A stretch of 56,378 nt of DNA, from positions 1 through 56,378 of IMG/VR virus record IMGVR_UViG_3300027816_000119. One strand, written 5' to 3'. Shown here piece by piece: positions 9,942 to 18,400 of the stretch. Position 1 is the stretch's first letter; every line of letters starts with the position of its first letter. The notes beneath the pieces are model-generated. The model searched no databases and had not been told where the DNA came from. It was given only the letters and a program-made list of their open reading frames with translations. The stretch comes from a virus. Lineage: Duplodnaviria; Caudoviricetes. The position numbers and the translations under genes were made by a program.

Positions 9942-12900
9942 TTAAATTTCTTCAAATGTATAACCTAAACCTAAACTTTCTAAATATCCTTTAGTATCTT
10001 CATCTACTTCATCACCTAATTGGTAATCAGTCTCACCACCTTCTTCTTTAATTATTAAATTATAACCTGGTGTACCTTCTCTTCCTAAATCTTGATGATA
10101 ATAACTTTCAAAATCTTGTTTAGTAAGACCACCTGGATTTAATCCATAGTACTCATATCTACCATTATCTAAATGAATATATTGAGCATCTTTATTTTTC
10201 TTCAAAAAGTCATTTACTAAATCTACACCTTTTTTACCAGATGTTATATAAGCAAATTCAGCTTTCTTAGTTGATGGTGAATACAATATAAACTTACCTG
10301 TGTTAGGTGTATTCTGATAAATAGGATCTCCGTTTTTATCCAAGAGTCTCATTTCATTACCATTCATTATTGCTTTATCTATATTCTTAGCTCCAAATCT
10401 TCTTGGTACTATTTCAGTATCTGGATCAAATTCATTTGCTTTACCTACTTTAAATTTACCATCTTCTATTCCATAGAAAGATTCAATTTTATTAGATGGA
10501 TACTTTTTATCTGAATATGTATCTGTAGCAGTTAACCAATCTTTAGCCTTTCTAACTGTATTATTAGCATCCTCTATAAACTCACCACCGATTATAATTT
10601 TACCATCTTTTGTTTCATTAACTTTAGCAAAATCCATAGGGGTATTAGTTATATCAATAAGTGTATCTTTAGAACTTAAACCTCCAGGTACACCTGTAAC
10701 TCCAACATTTTTTAAAATTTTATTTTTAATCGGGGGTGGTGAAAAAGCTGTTCCAAAAACAGCAGCGGCTCCAGGATAAGCTGATCCTACTAAACCAGCT
10801 ATTGTGTAATCAGTAGCATTCCAGTTTCTTCCTCCATAAAGTATTGGGTTTACTCTACTTCTATTACCTGTAGTAATAGCTTCATTTAAATGTTCATCCA
10901 TGTAGTTAGGTAAAGTCCAATCACTTCCATATTTATTTATTAAATCCGCATGTTCTTGAGAAAACTTTTGATATTCAGGTGAATTTTTATAAGCTAATAT
11001 TTCTTCTTCTGTTAAAGGTCCTTTTGGATATCTTTGAAATGCTCCTTTAAGATTTATAGAGTAGCCACTTTTTACTGGAGGAGGTGTACCACCTTCAATA
11101 GGAGCTTTTGGTTCTACTTGTAGTAATGATTCTTTATTATAACCTCTTTTACCAAAATCAAAATTACTATTCTTAAGTCTGTCTAATTCTCTTAACTGAG
11201 CTTCAGTAAGCATATCCCCTTGTTTCCTACCTGTTTCAATAAGATCATTATAAAACTTTCTATTAGCAAATGACATTTTTTTAGAATCATAACTATCTAA
11301 CAGTTGCTTATAGTAATTTAAATTTTTCTTAACCATATTACTACCACTACCACTTGGTCCTAGTAACATCATAGGTCCAGGAGGTCTATTAAAAAATTTA
11401 TTTACCATGTTTGATACAGGTGAATTAGGAGAGCCAGGTAATTGCTTAGACCATGTTTTACCTCCATCTAAACTATACTCTATATCTTTACCTTTAACAG
11501 CCGGATACTGACCCATAAAACCTAGATCCTTTTTACCTTTATTAGCAAATCTTAATAATACAGGTTTACCACCAGTTGCTTCTGCTGAGTAACCTGCAAA
11601 ATTTAAAGCATATCCACTATCTCCTGCAGCAGTTGTAAAACCTTTTCCTAATTTATCAGGCATCATACCACCTGTATTTACGGCATCACCTAAACTATTA
11701 TCCAATTCAGATGATAAAATATTTTTTAATCTAGCATCAGATGTACCGTGATATAAGTATTTAGGCACAGGAAGTTTTAAATCATTTTTTATTACTTCTG
11801 CAGCAGCTATAAGATTAGAATTTGAAAAACCAAATCCTTTATTACTATAAGTATTAAGTACCTCATTAACTGTTTTATTAGAACTTTTTGCAACTTCTTT
11901 TAAAAAGTCTGCTGCTTCTTGCTCTGTTTTAAAACTTGAGTTAGCTACAATATCATCTATATGTTTTTGTAGTGTAATGTCAGAAGCTCCTGAAGAATTT
12001 ATTTTACCTGTATTTTGAAAAGTTGATTTAACACCTTTACCTAAATCAGTTACAAGATCTCCTGCTTTAGTAAATTTTGATAATTTACTAATAGCATTTA
12101 TACCAGGTATAGCTCCAAGAACATCAAAGGTTTGATTAATACCACTACCATAGTTTTCACCTGTAAGTACATTTGTACCCATATCAAAATTTCCGGTATT
12201 AGAATAATTTACTGCACCTTCAACTAAACCTTGAGGTAATGTTGCAACATCAGCAACAGTTTTAGCTACACCTTCAGCAGTACCAACAGGATCGGCAACT
12301 ATTCTATATGCTCCGCCACCAAGTAGTTCTAATGCTGTATTAGTAACTCCCATATTGGCTTCTTTTCTTTTGTTAGCTTCATCAACAGCTTCTTGAAATT
12401 GACCTTTGTAAGCTTCATTCATTACATTGGGATCAAATCTATCCCAGCCTTTTTCTTCATACTCCATTCGGAATTTAGTTCCTGCACTTAAATCTTTACT
12501 ACTCTGTGCTTTTTTTCTTGCCTTTTCATATTCTTTTCTTTCTTTCTCTTCATTTTTATAATACTTGTTTTGTTCAGAAACTATATTATTTATATAACTT
12601 TTAAATCTTTTAATTCCTTCTTTAGTTGTATTTGTAGAAATTAACGGTTCATTAGCACCTATACCAAACTCTGAAGAATATTTTTTACCAAAGTCTTTCA
12701 TTTGTTCTAACCTGGTTTTACCACCTCTGAGAATCCAATCAGAAAGTTTCTTTCCTTTTTTAGCTTGAATATTAATACCACTTTTATTTTTAATCCATTC
12801 TTTTGAATTTCTATCATACTCCCATCCTTCTGCTTGTGGACCGATATGGTAATCCCAATCAACATCCACAAGATTCCAATCTAAGGGAACACATTCTCCT

Positions 12901-15473
12901 TTAGAATTTCTATAATATCCTCTACCACATGGAGAACCACCTTCTATAAATTTATCTAATGATCCACCATACTTTCCATACTGAATATCATCTTTATTAG
13001 AATCCTTCTTAGCAATAAGATTAAATAACCTCATTAAGCTTTCATCATCTTTTGCTGTTCTAAATAATAAGTAAATATCTTGATTAAAGTTTTTATTATC
13101 TTTATCAAGCATTCCTTTTTTCTCAGCCTCCTCTCTCATCTGATTCAATCTCTCTGGAGTAATTACCTCATCAGGTTTAAGATTAAATTTCTTTCTAGCC
13201 ACATTAAGATATGATTGAATATTCTGTTCTTCTGGATTTATTATGTAATCATAAAATTGTTGTTTTTCTTTTGGCCAAGTTTTATCAAAAGGAATTATAT
13301 TTTCTTTTACAATTTTGTCATACATAGGATACAACTTGTCTCTCACAGGTTCCATAAGATAATTAGTTAACTCATGTCTTTCTGTATCAGACTTTTGTTC
13401 AGGTGTAAGTTCTGGACTAAAATATATTTTTGGAACTTTTCCACTTGTGTCATACATTCCAACTGCTCGGAAACCTCCTATATTTTCTTGCGTATATTCC
13501 TCTGGCATTGTTTCATATACTGGGAATGATTGCATTTGTTTAAGCATAGGTGATTCAGGATTGTATGCTGGTAATGCTTTTTCTACAACCTTTTTAAAAC
13601 TAGGTTGATCTTCTGGAAAATCTATTTTTCTATTCTTATACCATTCAACCATCCATCTTTGATCTTCTGTCATATTCTCTTCAGACAGAGGAATACAACC
13701 AAGTTTTGGATCATAAGTATAACCATCATCACATGGAGAACCACCTGCTATAAATTTATGTAATGACCCACCAAGTTCTTGCTTATATGGACTCATAAAT
13801 TGACCTGGATCATTTGGTCCTTTTTTTAAATATACATTATTAGCAGGATTTTTATTTACAATACCATCAGGTAACATGTTTTGATTAGAGAGTTCTAATA
13901 AAGCATTTGTCTTATCTCTTGAGCTCATAGGTAATATACCTACACCAGCACCAACAGCATTATTTAGTATATCTTCACCAGACTCTGTAAATTTAACCAA
14001 CCATGGTCTATCATCATTAAATATAGTTTCTAACTCATGACCTACACCCATTGCATTAGCACCTAAAAAACCAGCAGCTTGCGGTATACCTGTGTATTGT
14101 GCCCAGTCTGGAAAATAATCCATAATTGCTTCAGCTGCATATCTACCACCTTGAGGATGTCTAAAATTATCTATAGGATCATCATCTTCTTTTGCAGCAC
14201 CATAAGCAGACATAGCTGCTTTGTCCATAGGATTATCTAAAGCACTATTTATTTTATCCTCAAAGCTATTACCTCTATATAAAATTTCTTGAGTTGAACC
14301 AGGATCATATAGTTCTATTTCTTTTATTTCTCTTAGCAATCCTGCTGCTGTTTCTTGATCAGCAAGTAAAGGTGAATTTTTTAATTTCTCATATTGCTCA
14401 ACTAACTTTTGATAATAAGAACTAAATGTATCAGTTTTTTTGTTAGCTTTTTTAGCTGCAGCTTTAGCTTTTTTAGATGCTTTTATTGTAACTTCTTTAA
14501 GATTTTGTATATATGTAGGATTGTATGATCTTTTAGGAATAGTCTTGTCTAAATATTTTTTAAATTCTTCATCTGAATTATTTTCTAATATTCTTCTTTT
14601 TTCATCCTGTAATAAATACAATGGAGTATAATCAACTAATGCATTTTCACATCTTTTAGTATATGGATTCCATACTTGACCTTTCCCACATGGTTTATTT
14701 GAACCACCTCTATCATAATCAACTAAGCCACCATCTTCATAATATTTTGCATTAGGATCATAAATTCTATTCTTTACTTTCTTAGGTTTAAATAATTTAT
14801 TTTTTACAAACAGTTTATTCTTACCAAAAATACTTTTTGTGTACTTCATAGAATTTAAACTACCACCCTTACGGAACTGCTCTCCTACAGATCCTAATGC
14901 AGCTATTACTTCAGGCTTATCATCAAAATGCTTTTCTACTCCAAGTTGTTTTACTTTACGTACCTTAGCTTCATCTGAACCAGTAGCTATAATATTTTCA
15001 ACTGGAATGCCTGCTTGTCTAGCTCGGGCAATCATATCTGGTGTTACTTTATCTCTGGCAGATACAATAAAAAGATTATAGCCATCTCTAAACATTTTCT
15101 TAGCTTTAGCTAAACCTTCAGGTGTTGCAATAGTTTTATCAAAGTCAAAAGATGCATATTTACCTTTACCAAAATCTTCTGGCTGCTCCATCTCTGAATG
15201 CTCTCTATAATTAGCTGTAAGTTCTGAACCAGCGGGGATATTTTTTAAAGCTCTTAGGTATCTTTTATCTCCTATTACTTCATTACTAGTATTAAAGTTT
15301 TTTTCATCATGATTATAGAACTTACCAAACTGATTTGGTACAAATCTTATTCTATCATTATCTATAGGAATGCCAGAGTGTACGGGTAATATTAGTTCAC
15401 CCTTTTTAATTAGTTCTTGAGTAAATAAACCTTTACCATGTATCTTGGACTTTCCAACTTTTACTTTCTTCAT
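9942..15473 (-). CDS. Multidomain effector polyprotein: SET, HAD-like, DNFRH/DILNN domain, degenerate zincin, carrier module, HGT-type ART-like, C-terminal unknown domain
   Basis: SKIHGKGLF..NH..GSELTANY (SET); FDFDKT..VSAR..FDD (HAD); HELTN; LYHGTS; third copy of carrier module. Confidence 0.75.
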   Translation of the reverse strand: MKKVKVGKSKIHGKGLFTQELIKKGELILPVHSGIPIDNDRIRFVPNQFGKFYNHDEKNFNTSNEVIGDKRYLRALKNIPAGSELTANYREHSEMEQPEDFGKGKYASFDFDKTIATPEGLAKAKKMFRDGYNLFIVSARDKVTPDMIARARQAGIPVENIIATGSDEAKVRKVKQLGVEKHFDDKPEVIAALGSVGEQFRKGGSLNSMKYTKSIFGKNKLFVKNKLFKPKKVKNRIYDPNAKYYEDGGLVDYDRGGSNKPCGKGQVWNPYTKRCENALVDYTPLYLLQDEKRRILENNSDEEFKKYLDKTIPKRSYNPTYIQNLKEVTIKASKKAKAAAKKANKKTDTFSSYYQKLVEQYEKLKNSPLLADQETAAGLLREIKEIELYDPGSTQEILYRGNSFEDKINSALDNPMDKAAMSAYGAAKEDDDPIDNFRHPQGGRYAAEAIMDYFPDWAQYTGIPQAAGFLGANAMGVGHELETIFNDDRPWLVKFTESGEDILNNAVGAGVGILPMSSRDKTNALLELSNQNMLPDGIVNKNPANNVYLKKGPNDPGQFMSPYKQELGGSLHKFIAGGSPCDDGYTYDPKLGCIPLSEENMTEDQRWMVEWYKNRKIDFPEDQPSFKKVVEKALPAYNPESPMLKQMQSFPVYETMPEEYTQENIGGFRAVGMYDTSGKVPKIYFSPELTPEQKSDTERHELTNYLMEPVRDKLYPMYDKIVKENIIPFDKTWPKEKQQFYDYIINPEEQNIQSYLNVARKKFNLKPDEVITPERLNQMREEAEKKGMLDKDNKNFNQDIYLLFRTAKDDESLMRLFNLIAKKDSNKDDIQYGKYGGSLDKFIEGGSPCGRGYYRNSKGECVPLDWNLVDVDWDYHIGPQAEGWEYDRNSKEWIKNKSGINIQAKKGKKLSDWILRGGKTRLEQMKDFGKKYSSEFGIGANEPLISTNTTKEGIKRFKSYINNIVSEQNKYYKNEEKERKEYEKARKKAQSSKDLSAGTKFRMEYEEKGWDRFDPNVMNEAYKGQFQEAVDEANKRKEANMGVTNTALELLGGGAYRIVADPVGTAEGVAKTVADVATLPQGLVEGAVNYSNTGNFDMGTNVLTGENYGSGINQTFDVLGAIPGINAISKLSKFTKAGDLVTDLGKGVKSTFQNTGKINSSGASDITLQKHIDDIVANSSFKTEQEAADFLKEVAKSSNKTVNEVLNTYSNKGFGFSNSNLIAAAEVIKNDLKLPVPKYLYHGTSDARLKNILSSELDNSLGDAVNTGGMMPDKLGKGFTTAAGDSGYALNFAGYSAEATGGKPVLLRFANKGKKDLGFMGQYPAVKGKDIEYSLDGGKTWSKQLPGSPNSPVSNMVNKFFNRPPGPMMLLGPSGSGSNMVKKNLNYYKQLLDSYDSKKMSFANRKFYNDLIETGRKQGDMLTEAQLRELDRLKNSNFDFGKRGYNKESLLQVEPKAPIEGGTPPPVKSGYSINLKGAFQRYPKGPLTEEEILAYKNSPEYQKFSQEHADLINKYGSDWTLPNYMDEHLNEAITTGNRSRVNPILYGGRNWNATDYTIAGLVGSAYPGAAAVFGTAFSPPPIKNKILKNVGVTGVPGGLSSKDTLIDITNTPMDFAKVNETKDGKIIIGGEFIEDANNTVRKAKDWLTATDTYSDKKYPSNKIESFYGIEDGKFKVGKANEFDPDTEIVPRRFGAKNIDKAIMNGNEMRLLDKNGDPIYQNTPNTGKFILYSPSTKKAEFAYITSGKKGVDLVNDFLKKNKDAQYIHLDNGRYEYYGLNPGGLTKQDFESYYHQDLGREGTPGYNLIIKEEGGETDYQLGDEVDEDTKGYLESLGLGYTFEEI

Positions 15474-18400
15474 TACCTTGGAGAATATTGATTTTTAGTA
15501 TTAAATATTTTCAAGATCATATTAGTATCTCTTGAATTTACTTTAGCTAACTTAATAAAATTTAAGTAATGTCTAAACTTTTTTCTCTGTAATTGATTTT
15601 TATTTATATCAATATTCTGATAGTTGATAGTTTTAATATAACCATTAGGTGCAGTTATCCATAAATTTTCTTGTCTATAAGAACCAGATAAAATTGTTGT
15701 CCCAGGTATTACAGGATTTGTAGGAGGATAGTCTGGTAACTGTTGAGGAGAAGGATAAGGAAATTCTCCACGGTCTTTTACTGAATCCCAGAATTGATTA
15801 AATCTATATTTGTTTTCTTCTTTAGAAAATAAAATATCAAATCCAGCTTTTGGTGTAATTGTAGGATCAATAAAAATTGAATTGTTAACTTTTGGATATT
15901 GTAAGTTTAGTGGTGGATTATTCTTAGCATAAATATTTAATTTCAAATATGGTGATATTTGTTCTGTATTATGAATTACAGCATAATCAAAATTATAATC
16001 TAGTACATGAAATTGATCTACACAGTTTTCTTGGTTTCTTTTATAACATTCTAAAACATATTCTACACTTTTTAAAGTAGTAACAGTTTGACCAGTTACT
16101 ATTGGAAACTCAACTTCAAATGGATACTGCGTCCCATAAAAATTACAATAGTCATTACATTCAATATTATGAGCCCAAAATTCATCAGCTCTTGTACTTA
16201 CAATTGTACTCTTAGTAGGTAAAGTAAGATCTGGATGCCAGTCATGAAATGAAATCCAAAATCTATTTTTAGGGTCATAACTTGCTGTCCATGAAGCATC
16301 TTCAAATATTGCAGGATCTCCTAAAATATAAATTTTATTTCCTTGTAAAGGATCCATAGTATCTAGAAAATAACTTTCAGTAGGTGTACTTATATATTGA
16401 ATTCTATTTGGATTTTGTGGTGTATTAAAACCATCTATCAATTTATAATCTTTTTTACAGAAATATAATACTGAATTTTCATTATCATAAATAGCTTGAC
16501 ATCCAATACCGGCTACAGGATTATCAGCATAATCATATTCTGGAAAATCTTCTAATAACTTAGATGGTAAAAATTCATCAAACCACCATTTCATTCCTGA
16601 TTGTGATATCTCTGTTATACCTTCATTATAAGTAAATATTTTACCTTGATTTTGTGATATATAATAAATACCAGCCGGTGTAGATATAACAGCCAATCTA
16701 CTTTGAGATGAACCATACTGATATGGTTTATCTGTAACAACTAGATTTTGAGCTTCTCTTGCAAATAACCCACCATCTCCTACAGTTACTTTAACACCTG
16801 AACCATCAAGTTGTAATTGATCAACTCCTTGAAATACTTGAGGGCCATCATTTTTAAATGTAATAAGAGCTCCGGTTCTAGCAAAGTTTTTAACTGAACT
16901 AATTTGACTAATAAAATCTTTACGGTTATTAGGTAGAAAAATAAACCATGCATCTTCTACAGAGCCTTGAACAAAAGGTAAAGAATAAGTAATAACATTA
17001 GGAAAATATGTATAACATAAACTTGCTACCTTAGGATCATAGTATCTATTTTGTAATGCACCAAATGTTAAAAATTTACTTGGTAATCTTGATGCACTTA
17101 AAGATAAATCATAAATATAAAAATTACCTCTTGTAATAATTATAGGATCCATTTTAAATAACTGTTGTAAATCAGTGTATCTATATGGATGATAACATTT
17201 TTCAAAATCAAATGTACCTACTTCTCTAAAGTCAAGAAGTATATCTGTTTCTACATAAAAGTCTCTTACTCCAGACACAGAAGTATAAAAGTATGAATTT
17301 CTAGGAATCCAAAATCCAGGATAAGGTGTAGCATCATCAGTAGAATGATCATAATTTATACTTTCTAGATTATAAAAATCTGTAGGAAATAGCCCAGTAC
17401 CCGGAGCAGCTGCTGTTGTTATTCCTAAAAAGTCAGATAAGTTTTCTACAGATATATTAGAAAAATCATAGTGTGTACTATTCATCCAGTATCTTGCTTG
17501 AGGAAGCATTTGATTTACAAAATAGTTATATTCAAAATCATCTGCTACTCCATACAACCAGTTATAAAACATCAACATTATATTCTTTTCTGTAAATCTA
17601 CATATGTATGTATCACCTCCAAAAAAGATATCTGTTTGAGCAATTAGTTTGTAGTAATAAGTTTGAGGAGTTGGTATAGGATCATTTAGTGTTGCTACAC
17701 TAGGTTGTATAAAATTACCTAAAAGTGCTGGACTATAGTCTTTTATCAAAGTACCAAAAGCATCTCTCTTTTGTTCACAAGGAGTAATTACTTGTTGCTT
17801 TATAGAATCTAACTGGCCGTATTGATTTTTTAAAGTTACTTTTATAGCACCATAGTGACTAGCTATTTTTGTTTGAAACCCAATTGTCTTTTTATCTTCC
17901 TCATCAATTTTAGGACCTAATCCTCCTACGTCTGCATGATACAGTGTAATTGAAGATTGATCCTGAGCATTACTAATTTGTTGAGCTAATGTAGTACCTG
18001 AAGTTAAAAAGCTTGGTCCTGTTGTAGCACCAGTATTTGCTTGAGCTGTTCTTAATACAACCAACTTGGGTCTAAAAATATTTTGTATTGTATATTTTTT
18101 AATTGTGCTTGTAGTAGTATCAATATAATCTGGAATTTCTTGATTGGTATCATTAATAACATATAGTGAATCTTCTACTTTAAATCTATATAGTTCACCT
18201 GGTTTTCTAGGATCAAATCTATCATAGTAACCATGACCAATTTGTTGTAATGCATATTGCTTTAATGGAGCAATAGCATATAAAAATTCATTAGCTGTTT
18301 TTAATCCTTGTGCAAAGAAAAAAGCAAAATTTTGTAGACCACCTAAAAATGCTAACCAAGGTGGTAACATCTGAGATTGAGAAAGTTCATTTGTATAAGT

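Noticed and set aside
10050-10650. Phosphodiester glycosidase (NAGPA)-like assignment for the C-terminal domain (IHLDNG)
   Set aside because: Only one weak motif; left as unknown pending profile search
4306-15473. Virion RNA polymerase in the giant ORFs
   Set aside because: No DxDxD catalytic motif in a polymerase-like context; domains are otherwise explained. May lie beyond the left edge
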